From contig JALOOU010000001.1 of NCBI GenBank assembly GCA_025454255.1, positions 58,316 to 122,315 of the forward strand: a stretch of DNA of 64,000 nt. The letters run 5' to 3'. Position numbers and translations under genes: made by a program. The DNA is from Desulfobacterales bacterium (GTDB taxonomy: Bacteria > Desulfobacterota > Desulfobacteria > Desulfobacterales > SpSt-501). Below are positions 6,460 to 15,365 of this stretch, one piece after another (the first letter of the stretch is position 1; every line of letters starts with the position of its first letter). The notes under the pieces were generated by a model, which saw only the letters and a list, made by a program, of their open reading frames with translations, made no database searches and was not told the DNA's origin.

Positions 6460-8148
6460 TCAACCCGAAACCTCTGCCGGCGGCTCCGGAGGCAGCAGCG
6501 GCTCCGCTGCGGTGGCCGGTGCACCCGCCTCCGCATTGCCGGCCTCCGCCGCGGCGGGCTTCTTCTTGCGCCGTCGGCGCCGGCGTTTTTTCGGGCGCTC
6601 CGCGTCGGGGGTGCCGTTTTCCGCCGGGGCCGCTTTCTCACTTGCGGCGGCAGAAGGAGGCACCGGGTCGGGCGGGGCCGCAACCGCCTGAACGCCTTCC
6701 GGCGCCTGCGGCACATCCTCCTCGACCTCCGGTGGGCCGAAGCCGAAGAAAGCGCCGGGGACCCGCTTCTTTTTGGGCTTTTCCGGTGCGGTTGCGCGTC
6801 CGGGGCGCTCCCGTGCCGGGCGTTCGCGACCGCGCTCCCGGCCACGGCGGCCATCGGGCCGTTCCGGTCTTTCGCGTCGACCGCGGCGCTCGCGCCGCTC
6901 GCTCTCTTCGCGCGGCGACCGGTCCTCCGCAAACCAATCCTCCTCGGGCCAGACCACGGGGATCTTGTAGCCCAGCATCTCCTCGAGCGGTTCAAGGTGG
7001 TAAACGTACTCTTCGCAGGCGAAGGAGATGGACTTTCCGGACTTGCCGGCACGCGCCGTGCGACCGATGCGGTGGACGTAGTTTTCGGCGTCCTGGGGCA
7101 GGTCGTAGTTGACGACGTGGCTGATGTCCTCCACGTGGATGCCCCGGGAGGCAACGTCGGTTGCGACCAGGATCTTGAGATGGCCGCTTTTGAAACGCTC
7201 CATCAGCTGAAAGCGCTTGCGCTGGGGCAAATCCCCGGTGATACCTTCAGCCGGCAGGCCGTTGGCCTTGAGTTTGCGCGCGAGCCGCTCCGCGGCCATT
7301 TTCATGTTGACGAAAATCAGGATCCGGCTCCACTCCTCGCGCTTGAGGATGCCCAGCAGCAGCGAAAATTTGCGTACTTTCTCGATGTGGAACAGCGACT
7401 GCTCGATCCCCTCGACCGCGACCGTCTCCGGGGTCACCGCGATGAACTCCGGCAGGTTCATGAATTCGTAGGTCAGCTCCAGCACCCGGTGGGAGAGGGT
7501 CGCCGAGAAGAGCATGGACTGGCGCTTTTCGAAGTGCGGCAGCTTGCGCAGAATGAAGCGCATGTCCTTTTCGAAGCCCAGGTCCAGGAGCCGGTCGGCT
7601 TCGTCGATCACCAGGAACTTGATGTCCTGGGTCTTGAACACGCCCTGTTTATAGTAGTCGATGATCCGGCCCGGGGTGCCGATGACGATGTCCACCCCTT
7701 TGGAGAGACTGTCGGCCTGCTCGCGGTAATCGATGCCCCCGACCACCTCCAGAAACGATATGTCGGTGTGCCGGCCAAGCGCCAGGGCCTCTTCGTAGAT
7801 CTGGCGCGACAGTTCGCGGGTGGGGGCCATAATAAGGGCCTGGGGCCGGCCGCTCTTGCGCTCCGGCACCGCCAGCAGGCGTGAGAGGACGGTGACGAGA
7901 AACGCCGCGGTCTTTCCTGTCCCGGTCTGGGCCTGGCCCGCCACGTCCCGGCCCTGCAACAGCACCGGCAGGGCTTGAGCCTGGATCGGCGTGCAATATT
8001 CGAAGCCGGCATCCTTCAGCCCGGCCAGCACCTCGCCCGGCAGGCCGAAGTCGTCGAAGCGCTTTGCGGTCAGAAAGTCCGGTTTCTCGGCGCGATAGCT
8101 ATCTTCAGGCGCTCCAGGCGCCCCGGAATCATCCAGCATATGGTTCAA
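6460..8148 (-). CDS. DEAD-box ATP-dependent RNA helicase (RhlB-like) with an Arg/Glu/Pro-rich C-terminal tail
   Basis: Q-motif TPIQ, AQTGTGKT, DEAD (VIDEADRL), SAT, ATDVASRGIH and HRIGRTARAG. The start is uncertain (TTG at 8148 or ATG at 8139). Confidence 0.9.
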   Translation of the reverse strand: MNHMLDDSGAPGAPEDSYRAEKPDFLTAKRFDDFGLPGEVLAGLKDAGFEYCTPIQAQALPVLLQGRDVAGQAQTGTGKTAAFLVTVLSRLLAVPERKSGRPQALIMAPTRELSRQIYEEALALGRHTDISFLEVVGGIDYREQADSLSKGVDIVIGTPGRIIDYYKQGVFKTQDIKFLVIDEADRLLDLGFEKDMRFILRKLPHFEKRQSMLFSATLSHRVLELTYEFMNLPEFIAVTPETVAVEGIEQSLFHIEKVRKFSLLLGILKREEWSRILIFVNMKMAAERLARKLKANGLPAEGITGDLPQRKRFQLMERFKSGHLKILVATDVASRGIHVEDISHVVNYDLPQDAENYVHRIGRTARAGKSGKSISFACEEYVYHLEPLEEMLGYKIPVVWPEEDWFAEDRSPREESERRERRGRRERPERPDGRRGRERGRERPARERPGRATAPEKPKKKRVPGAFFGFGPPEVEEDVPQAPEGVQAVAAPPDPVPPSAAASEKAAPAENGTPDAERPKKRRRRRRKKKPAAAEAGNAEAGAPATAAEPLLPPEPPAEVSG

Positions 8149-8290
8149 TGACCTTCCGTGATCGGGGGAAAATAGGGCAGCCGCGACCTTGCCAAGCTGC
8201 GCGTGACGTTAGATTATATCCTGGTTTCGAGATTTTGCAAGCGTTGAGATTGACTTTGTATCGCCAATGCCTTTCTGGTATGCAGGGGAA

Positions 8291-9523
8291 ATGATGAAGG
8301 AATTTTTTACCGTCATGGATGTCGATCAGGTTCTGGCGCTGGTGGAGGGGTTTTCCCGGGCGCCTGCCGAAGCCGTCGGCCTGCAGGAGGCGACGGGCCG
8401 GGTGCTGGCCGAAGCGGTCCTCGCCGGCTGCGACCTGCCCGGTTTTGCCCGCTCCACCGTGGACGGCTATGCCGTGCAGGCCGCCTCGAGCTTCGGCGCC
8501 AGCGAGGGCAGCCCCGCCCTTTTCGACGTGATCGGGACCGTCGCCATGGGCGAGGAGGCCGGGGTCGCGGTCGCGCCGGCCCAAGCGGCCCGCATCGCCA
8601 CCGGCGGGGCCCTGCCCCCCGGCGCCGACAGTGTCGTCATGCTCGAGCATGCAGATGTGCTCGACGAGCGGACCATCGAGGTCTTCCGCAGCGTCGCGCC
8701 CGGCCAGCACGTCATCGCGGCCGACGAGGATTACCCGGCGGGGGCCGTCGTGGCCGCGGCCGGCCGCAGGCTGCGGCCCCAGGACACCGGCGTGCTCGCC
8801 GCCATCGGAACCGCCCGGGTCGATGTCCACCGTCGGCCGCGAGTGGCCATCATCTCCACCGGCGATGAAATCGTCCCCGTCGATGCCGTCCCGGCCCACG
8901 GCCAGATCCGCGATGTCAACAGCTTCACCCTGGCCGGGCTGGTCGCCGCCGCCGGTGCGACGCCGGTGGCGCTGGGGATCGTCCCGGACGATTTCGAGGC
9001 GCTGCGCGCGGCCTCCGCCCGGGCGCTCGCGGCGTGCGACATGGTGCTAATCTCCGGCGGCAGCTCCGTCGGGGCGCGGGATTTCACCGTCGAGGTCATC
9101 TCCTCCTTCGCCGATTCGCGGATCCTGGCCCACGGCATCAGCATCAGCCCCGGCAAGCCCACGATCCTCGCCCGCGTTCTGGACCGCCCGTTCTGGGGCC
9201 TGCCCGGCCACGTCGCCTCGGCGATGATCGTGTTCGCGCGCATCGTGAGGCCGTTCCTGCTCCACATCGGGGGCATCCGGGACCCGCTGGCGCAGGAGAT
9301 CCGGCTGCCCGCCCGCTTGAGCCGCAACCTGGCCTCGGCCCAGGGCCGCACCGATTTCGTGCGCGTGCGCGTGGTCGGCGGTGAGGAGGGCCTGTGGGCC
9401 GAGCCGGTTTTGGGCAAATCGGGGCTTCTCAACACCATGGTGAAGGGCGACGGGGTGATCGAGATCGGGAAAAACGTCGAAGGGTTGGAGGCCGGCGCAC
9501 GGGTCGAGGTGATCTTGTTTTGA
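8291..9523 (+). CDS. moeA: molybdopterin molybdenum/tungsten-transferase MoeA
   Basis: MoeA N-terminal pattern (DLPGFARSTVDGYAV, IATGGALPPGADSVVMLE), MoCF-binding domain (VAIISTGDE, ISGGSSVG) and C-terminal beta domain. Start set at the ATG at 8291. Confidence 0.9.
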   Translation: MMKEFFTVMDVDQVLALVEGFSRAPAEAVGLQEATGRVLAEAVLAGCDLPGFARSTVDGYAVQAASSFGASEGSPALFDVIGTVAMGEEAGVAVAPAQAARIATGGALPPGADSVVMLEHADVLDERTIEVFRSVAPGQHVIAADEDYPAGAVVAAAGRRLRPQDTGVLAAIGTARVDVHRRPRVAIISTGDEIVPVDAVPAHGQIRDVNSFTLAGLVAAAGATPVALGIVPDDFEALRAASARALAACDMVLISGGSSVGARDFTVEVISSFADSRILAHGISISPGKPTILARVLDRPFWGLPGHVASAMIVFARIVRPFLLHIGGIRDPLAQEIRLPARLSRNLASAQGRTDFVRVRVVGGEEGLWAEPVLGKSGLLNTMVKGDGVIEIGKNVEGLEAGARVEVILF

Positions 9524-9616
9524 CCGCCGGATGACGCCCCCCGGCCGCCGTCTGCGGCGCGCCCCGCCGCAAGCGACCCCGCGAACCCAACTTTATTTTA
9601 GGATTGGAAGGAAAAA

Positions 9617-11545
9617 ATGCCGCGCAACGTGTATCTGAAGATGAGAAGCCTGGAGGCGGCCCGCCGCATCGTGCTCGAGCAGCTGGCGCCGCTTCAATCG
9701 CTGGAGAGCGAAACGCTGTCGGTGCCGGAGTCGTGCGGGCGGGTGCTGGCGGAGCCGGTCTTTGCGGCCATCTCCGCGCCCAACTACCATGCGGCCGCCA
9801 TGGACGGAGTTGCGGTCAGGGCCGAGAGCACCTTCGGCGCCAGCGAATCGCGCCCGAGAGACCTGGCCGTGGGCCGGGAGGCCTTTTTCGTGAACACCGG
9901 CAATGTGCTGCCCGACGGGACGGATGCGGTCATCATGATCGAGGCGGTCCAGGTCTTGGACGGCGAGCGCGTCCGCATCGAGGCCCCGGCGTTTCCCTGG
10001 CAGCACGTGCGCCGGATCGGGGAGGACATCGTCGCCACCGAGCTGCTCTTTCCCCGCAACCACCGGGTCACGGCCCCCTGCATCGGGGCGATGCTGACCG
10101 CGGGCATTTTCTCCGTGCCGGTCAAACGCAAACCGCGGGTGCTGATCATCCCCACCGGCTCGGAGCTCGTCGACTGGCGCCGGGGCCGCCTCGAGGATCT
10201 CAAGCCCGGCCAGGTCCTGGAGACCAACTCCTACGTGCTGGGGGCCCTCGTGGAGTCCTGCGGCGGGGCCTTCACCCGACATGCCAGGCTCAGCGACGAC
10301 ATCGCCCGCATTCGGGCCGCCGTCGAGTCCGCCCCGGCCGAAGGCTTCCAGGTCGCCTTGATCTTAGGCGGCTCATCGGCCGGCTCCGAGGACTTTGCGC
10401 GCGCCGCGATCGCCGAAATCGGCGAGGTCCTCGTGCACGGGGTCACCATCATGCCTGGCAAACCGGTCGTCATCGGGCGGGCAGGCCGGACGGCTCTCTT
10501 CGGAATTCCGGGCTACCCGGTTTCGGCCTTCATCGTCTTCGAGCAGCTGGTCAAACCGCTGCTGTTCGCCCTCCAGGGCCAGGTGCCGCAGGCGCCGGCG
10601 ACCGTCCGGGTGGAGCCGACCCGCAAAATCGCCTCCAAGCTGGGGGTGGAGGAGTTCGTGCGCGTCAAGCTCGGCCGGGTGGGCGAGCGCATCGTCGCCA
10701 CCCCGCTGCCGCGGGGGGCGGGCCAGATCACCTCGCTCACCAGGGCCGACGGCATCATCCGCATCCCCGCCGACACCGAGGGGCTGCGCGAAAACGAGCC
10801 GGTCGCGGCCGAGCTGATGCGCGCCCCCGAGGAGCTGGACCGGACCATCGTCATCGTGGGCAGCCACGACAACACGCTGGATGTGCTCGCCGACCAGCTC
10901 AAGGCCGCCCACGGGGGCATCTCGCTCTCCTCCTCCCACGTCGGCAGCATGGGGGGGCTGATGGCCATCCGGCGCGGGGGATGCCATCTGGCCGGCTCCC
11001 ACCTGCTCGACAGCGAGGACGGCTCCTACAACGTCGCCTACATCCGCAAGTATCTGCCCGGCCGCGCCGTGCGTCTCGTCAACCTGGTGCTGCGCGAAAA
11101 CGGGTTGATCGTGCCGCGCGGCAACCCCAAATCCATCCGCGGCATCGAGGATTTGATGCGCCCGGAGGTCACCTTCATCAACCGCCAGGCCGGCTCCGGG
11201 ACCCGCATCCTGCTCGACTACCGGTTGAAGGCGCTGGGGCTCGACCCCGCACGCATCCGCGGCTACGGCGTCGAGGAGTTCACCCACATGGCCGTGGCGG
11301 TCGCCGTGCTCACCGGCAGCGCCGACGCCGGCCTCGGCATCTATGCCGCCGCCAAGGCACTGGGCCTGGACTTCATTCCCGTGGTCACCGAGCAGTACGA
11401 CCTGGTCATCCCGGCCGAGCATTTCGAAACCGAGGCCATCCAGGCGCTCATGGGGGTCGTCCGCTGCGCCGATTTCAAGAGTCGGGTGGAATCGCTGGGA
11501 GGCTACCGCACGCGTTTAACGGGCAACGTAACAGAGCTGGGCTGA
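9617..11545 (+). CDS. moeA: MoeA fused to a C-terminal PBP-like (molybdate/tungstate-binding-type) domain
   Basis: The first ~400 aa are MoeA-like (AAMDGVAVRA, VLIIPTGSEL, ILGGSSAGSEDF, IPGYPVSA). The last ~230 aa resemble a periplasmic-binding-protein-like fold (VIVGSHDNTLDVL ... NRQAGSGTRILLD ... GSADAGLGI). RBS GGAAGGA lies upstream. Confidence 0.85.
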   Translation: MPRNVYLKMRSLEAARRIVLEQLAPLQSLESETLSVPESCGRVLAEPVFAAISAPNYHAAAMDGVAVRAESTFGASESRPRDLAVGREAFFVNTGNVLPDGTDAVIMIEAVQVLDGERVRIEAPAFPWQHVRRIGEDIVATELLFPRNHRVTAPCIGAMLTAGIFSVPVKRKPRVLIIPTGSELVDWRRGRLEDLKPGQVLETNSYVLGALVESCGGAFTRHARLSDDIARIRAAVESAPAEGFQVALILGGSSAGSEDFARAAIAEIGEVLVHGVTIMPGKPVVIGRAGRTALFGIPGYPVSAFIVFEQLVKPLLFALQGQVPQAPATVRVEPTRKIASKLGVEEFVRVKLGRVGERIVATPLPRGAGQITSLTRADGIIRIPADTEGLRENEPVAAELMRAPEELDRTIVIVGSHDNTLDVLADQLKAAHGGISLSSSHVGSMGGLMAIRRGGCHLAGSHLLDSEDGSYNVAYIRKYLPGRAVRLVNLVLRENGLIVPRGNPKSIRGIEDLMRPEVTFINRQAGSGTRILLDYRLKALGLDPARIRGYGVEEFTHMAVAVAVLTGSADAGLGIYAAAKALGLDFIPVVTEQYDLVIPAEHFETEAIQALMGVVRCADFKSRVESLGGYRTRLTGNVTELG

Positions 11546-11570
11546 CCCCGCGGCGGATCGCAGGGGCAAA

Positions 11571-11598
11571 TTGACTTTCAGCATGCTTGAGTTAGAAT
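11571..11598 (+). promoter_or_regulatory. putative sigma70-type promoter of dnaJ
   Basis: TTGACT (11571-11576), a 16-nt spacer, then TAGAAT (11593-11598), about 57 nt upstream of the dnaJ ATG. Confidence 0.45.
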
Positions 11599-11654
11599 GA
11601 TAAAGTCGACGTGCACCGATGCCCATCGGTGATTTCAACGATCAACGGGATGCC

Positions 11655-12770
11655 ATGGCTGCCAAACGGGACTACTACGACGTCCTCGGGGTCAACCGCA
11701 ACGCCTCCGAGGACGAACTCAAATCCAACTACCGCAAACTCGCGCTGAAGTTCCACCCCGACCGCAACCCCGGCGACAAAGAGGCCGAGGAGAAATTCAA
11801 GGAGGCCGCGGAAGCCTACGAGGTGCTGCGGGACCGCGAGAAGCGGGCCCTCTACGACCAGTTCGGCCACGCCGGCCTCGAGGGCGCGGGCTTCTCCGGG
11901 TTCGGCGGCTTCGAGGACATTTTTTCGAGCTTCGGCGACATCTTCGAGGACTTCTTCGGCTTCGGCGGCCGCGGCCGCTCGCGCTCGCGGGCCCAGCGGG
12001 GCTCGGATCTGCGCTTTGACTTGAACCTAAGCTTCATGCAGGCCGCATTCGGGACCGAAACGGAGATCGACGTCGCCAAATACGAGGCCTGCGCCGAGTG
12101 CGGCGGCAACGGGGGCGAAAAGGGCCACCCGCCCGAAACCTGCCGGCAGTGCGGGGGGTCCGGCCAGCTGTCGCGCTCCCAGGGGTTCTTCACGGTGCGG
12201 ACCACCTGCCATGTCTGCCGCGGCAACGGCCAGGTCATCGCGCATCCCTGCCCGACATGCGCCGGAAACGGCCGGGTGCGGGTCAGCAAGCGCGTCTCCG
12301 TCAAGATCCCCGCCGGCGTCGACAACGGCTCGCGGCTGCGGCTGAACGGCGAGGGCGAACCCGGCCACCAGGGCGGGCCGTCCGGCGATCTTTATGTCTT
12401 CATCCACGTCCAGCCTCATGATTTCTTCGAGCGCCGCGACAACGACATCATCTGCCAGGTCACCATCTCATTCGTCCAGGCCGCCCTCGGCGGCGCGATC
12501 ATGGTGCCCACCCTGGAGGGTGAGCGGCAGCTGGAGATCCCCAAGGGGACTCAGCCCGGCGATGTGTTCTACTTCCACGGCGAGGGCATCCCGTCGCTGC
12601 GCACCCGCAAGCGCGGCGAGCAGATCATCCAGGTCATGATCAAGACCCCGACCAACCTCTCCAAGAAGCAGGAGGAGCTCCTTCGGGAGTTTGCCAAGCT
12701 CGAAAAAAGCAAGTTTTCAACCAAGCTCAAGAATATGCTCAAGGGGGGCTCCTCGAGCGCCCTCCATTAG
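11655..12770 (+). CDS. dnaJ: molecular chaperone DnaJ
   Basis: J domain (DYYDVLGV...HPDRNP), G/F-rich region, four CxxCxGxG zinc motifs and the C-terminal substrate domain. Start set at MAAKRDYY. Confidence 0.95.
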   Translation: MAAKRDYYDVLGVNRNASEDELKSNYRKLALKFHPDRNPGDKEAEEKFKEAAEAYEVLRDREKRALYDQFGHAGLEGAGFSGFGGFEDIFSSFGDIFEDFFGFGGRGRSRSRAQRGSDLRFDLNLSFMQAAFGTETEIDVAKYEACAECGGNGGEKGHPPETCRQCGGSGQLSRSQGFFTVRTTCHVCRGNGQVIAHPCPTCAGNGRVRVSKRVSVKIPAGVDNGSRLRLNGEGEPGHQGGPSGDLYVFIHVQPHDFFERRDNDIICQVTISFVQAALGGAIMVPTLEGERQLEIPKGTQPGDVFYFHGEGIPSLRTRKRGEQIIQVMIKTPTNLSKKQEELLREFAKLEKSKFSTKLKNMLKGGSSSALH

Positions 12771-12824
12771 GAGCGCTCTCGCGTCCCGTTTGGCAGCCGC
12801 GCCCGATGCGCGCAGGTGGCTTGC

Positions 12825-13196
12825 ATGTATGAACTCAAGGTGGTGACCCGGTTTGCGGCCGCCCACCGGCTGACGATGGTGGGCGCCAAGTGCGAAAACA
12901 TGCACGGGCACAACTGGAAAATCGAGGTCTGCCTGGTCGGCCCGGAGTTGGATGATGCCGGGGTGCTGATGGATTTCGGCGAGATCAAGGCCCGCCTGCG
13001 CGAGATCATCGCCCGCGTGGACCACCAGTTTCTGAACGAGTTGGAGATGTTCCAGGGACGGCAGCCCTCATCCGAACGCATCGCCGCCTTCATCGCCGGC
13101 GAGCTGCAGCAGGCGATCGCCACCCCCGCCGTGCGGGTCAGCCGGGTCAGCGCCTGGGAATCCGAGGACTCCTGTGCGACCTATGTGGTAGGCTGA
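12825..13196 (+). CDS. queD: 6-carboxy-5,6,7,8-tetrahydropterin synthase QueD
   Basis: About 124 aa with the QueD CxxxHGH motif (KCENMHGHNWKIEV) and the N-terminal FAAAHRL pattern. Confidence 0.85.
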   Translation: MYELKVVTRFAAAHRLTMVGAKCENMHGHNWKIEVCLVGPELDDAGVLMDFGEIKARLREIIARVDHQFLNELEMFQGRQPSSERIAAFIAGELQQAIATPAVRVSRVSAWESEDSCATYVVG

Positions 13197-13224
13197 ACCC
13201 TCTCCTGCCCCCCCGCTTGCCGCT

Positions 13225-13788
13225 TCATCGGTGAATCTCCCGCCAGCGGGCGAGCAGCTCATCGCGCGTGACGATCGCGGAGGCCTCCGCCACCCGGCCG
13301 CGGATGGCATCGAGCCCGCCCTCCTGCCGATCCACCAAGACGACGGCCCTGACGACATCGAGCCCTTCGGCCCGCGCGCGCTCGATCGCCGTGATGGTGG
13401 AGCCGCCGGTGGTGGCCACATCGTCCACGATGGCCACCCGCTCTCCGGGCTGGATGTCGCCTTCCACCCAGCGCACGATGCCGTGGTCCTTCTGGGTTTT
13501 GCGGATTGAAAACGCCTTGATGGGACGCCCCCCGAGCTCCGAGGCAAAGGACGCCGCCATGGCCACCGGGTCGGCCCCGAAGGTGAGGCCGCCGACCGCC
13601 GACACGCTTTCGTCCCGGAGGTGCTCGAAGAGCAGGTGTCCGACCAGGAACATGCCCCGGGGATGCAAGGTGGTCGGTTTGCAGTTGACATAGTAGTTGC
13701 TCATGCGGCCGGAGACGAGCTTGAAGACGGCCTCTTCGCTGAATTGGAAGGACTTGCGGCAAAGCATGTCGATCAGTTCGCGCTTCAT
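13225..13788 (-). CDS. pyrE: orotate phosphoribosyltransferase
   Basis: PRPP-binding loop [13 protein letters not shown] plus PyrE-like N-terminal [12 protein letters not shown]. Start set at MKRELIDML. Confidence 0.9.
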   Translation of the reverse strand: MKRELIDMLCRKSFQFSEEAVFKLVSGRMSNYYVNCKPTTLHPRGMFLVGHLLFEHLRDESVSAVGGLTFGADPVAMAASFASELGGRPIKAFSIRKTQKDHGIVRWVEGDIQPGERVAIVDDVATTGGSTITAIERARAEGLDVVRAVVLVDRQEGGLDAIRGRVAEASAIVTRDELLARWREIHR

Positions 13789-13864
13789 GATCCCCCCTTC
13801 CGGCAAGCCCCCGCCGCAGAGCGTTTCCGGAGTCGAAAAGGTTGATTTCAATCGGGTGATCGGG

Positions 13865-13926
13865 TATAAAAAAAGCCTCCACCGGATTGGAAGAAGCCAG
13901 GTTTAACCGGGATTGGGTGGAGGCTT
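13865..13926 (-). terminator. terminator-like hairpin plus U-tract in the pyrE leader (candidate attenuator)
   Basis: On the minus strand, an 11-bp stem AAGCCTCCACC/GGTGGAGGCTT (13873-13883 pairing with 13916-13926) encloses a 32-nt loop. It is followed by TTTTTTTAT and lies about 80 nt upstream of the pyrE ATG. Confidence 0.4.
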
Positions 13927-14033
13927 GAGCAAGAAAAACCGCGGTCGGCCCTCCTTGAACTCGGCCGAACCATAGCAGGTTAGGGCGCCTGGGTCAACCG
14001 GTTCACCGGTAGGCGTCTCTCTGAAAGGCCGCC

Positions 14034-15365
14034 ATGAAACAGCTGGGTATTGGGTTTCAGATTGCACTCCTCACCGTTATTGCCGGCACCGCCATCGTCT
14101 TCGCGCAACCTTCCTCCCCGCCGCTCACGCTTCCGGATGCCGTTGAACTCGCGCTGACGGCCAACCTCGGGATCAAACGCTCCCAGGAAGAGATCAACGC
14201 CGCCGAGGCAGCCCGCAACGCCAGTCGGACCGGCTTCCTGCCGAGCCTCGGCACCAGCTACACCTACCTGCACCGCAACGACGAGCGGACCACCCGCAGC
14301 CCCGTAACGGGGCTGGCCACCGTCGCCCTGCCCCAGGACCAGTACACCTGGAACACCTCCCTGCGCCAGCCGATTTTCACCGGCTTCAAGCTGCTCAACG
14401 AGTACCGGCTCTCCGAGCTCGGGCTCGACCGGGCCGAAGTCGAGGCGAAGCTGACCCGCCAGGACGTGATCCTCGATGCCAAGAACGCCTATTACACGGT
14501 ACTGAAAACCCTGAAACTCCTGGACGTTGCTGAGCAGCAGGTGACTTCGATCGCCGCCCAGCGGGACGTGGCCGAGAATTTCTACAAGGTGGGGTTGAGC
14601 CCCCTCAACGACCTTCTCCAGGCCCAGGTTCAACTGGCCAACGCCGTCCAACGGCGGACCGTGGCCATAAACGATTTAGAAATCGCCCGGGCCCAGCTCA
14701 ACACCGTGCTGCGCCGCCCGGTGAACACCCCCGTGGCCTTGGTCGACGATGCCGCGCATGCCACGTACCGTCCAAGCTTGGAGGAGTGCCTCGAAGAGGC
14801 CCAGAAAAACCGCTTGGAGATCCGGGTGGCCAACCTCGACGTCGACATCGCCGAGCGGCAGGTCAAGCTCACCGAAAAGGACTATTTCCCCTCCGTGGAT
14901 CTGGTCGGCTCCTACGTCCGCATCGGCGACGACTGGCAGGTGGACGGGGGCGTCGGCATCAGCGACGCCGCCGGCTGGAACATCCAGGCCACCGCCACCT
15001 GGAGCCTCTGGGAGTGGGGACGGACCGGGTACGGCCGCAAGGAGAAGCTCTCCCGCATGGCCCAATCCCGATACCGCCGATCCGAACTGCTGGACACCAT
15101 CAATCTCCAGGTCAAGCAGGCCTACCTGCGGACCAAGGAGGCCGAACAGAACATCGCCACCGTCGAGCAGGCGGTCGAACAGGCCAAGGAGAACCTGCGC
15201 ATCACCGAGGAGCAGTACAAGGAGCAGGTGGCCACCCAGACCGATGTCCTGGTCGCCCAGACCCTGCTGACCCAGACCGAGACCAACTTCACCAACGCGC
15301 TGTTCGATTTCAAAATCGCCAAGGCCTTCTTGCTGCGGGCGATCGGCCAGGAAACGCTGGAATGA
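14034..15365 (+). CDS. TolC-family outer membrane efflux protein
   Basis: Signal peptide, then the TolC repeat pattern (LTLPDAVELALTANLGIKRSQEEINAAEAA ... second repeat LEECLEEAQKNRLEIRVANLDVDIAERQV). 443 aa. Confidence 0.85.
   Translation: MKQLGIGFQIALLTVIAGTAIVFAQPSSPPLTLPDAVELALTANLGIKRSQEEINAAEAARNASRTGFLPSLGTSYTYLHRNDERTTRSPVTGLATVALPQDQYTWNTSLRQPIFTGFKLLNEYRLSELGLDRAEVEAKLTRQDVILDAKNAYYTVLKTLKLLDVAEQQVTSIAAQRDVAENFYKVGLSPLNDLLQAQVQLANAVQRRTVAINDLEIARAQLNTVLRRPVNTPVALVDDAAHATYRPSLEECLEEAQKNRLEIRVANLDVDIAERQVKLTEKDYFPSVDLVGSYVRIGDDWQVDGGVGISDAAGWNIQATATWSLWEWGRTGYGRKEKLSRMAQSRYRRSELLDTINLQVKQAYLRTKEAEQNIATVEQAVEQAKENLRITEEQYKEQVATQTDVLVAQTLLTQTETNFTNALFDFKIAKAFLLRAIGQETLE

Noticed and set aside
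6460-6960. Repetitive-looking nucleotide stretch (CGG/CGC/GCC-rich) that might suggest a tandem repeat or CRISPR-like array
   Set aside because: It has no regular repeat-spacer periodicity. It encodes the low-complexity Arg/Glu/Pro tail of the helicase.
6114-7884. Plus-strand ORFs of 332 and 525 aa rich in Arg/Pro/Gly
   Set aside because: They are antisense to the DEAD-box helicase, whose motifs are unambiguous. The Arg-rich runs simply mirror the helicase's charged tail.
8149-9616. Search for a Moco/Wco riboswitch upstream of the moeA genes, and for riboswitch-like cores (including a cobalamin B12 box) in 1307-1799
   Set aside because: I could not recognise the conserved cores of these RNA families by eye. 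A cmscan against Rfam would be the decisive test.
9604-11574. 656-aa plus-strand ORF in an alternative frame over the MoeA-PBP gene
   Set aside because: It is out of frame relative to the motif-bearing MoeA frame (9617-11545). Its translation is Arg/Gly/Pro/His-rich nonsense.
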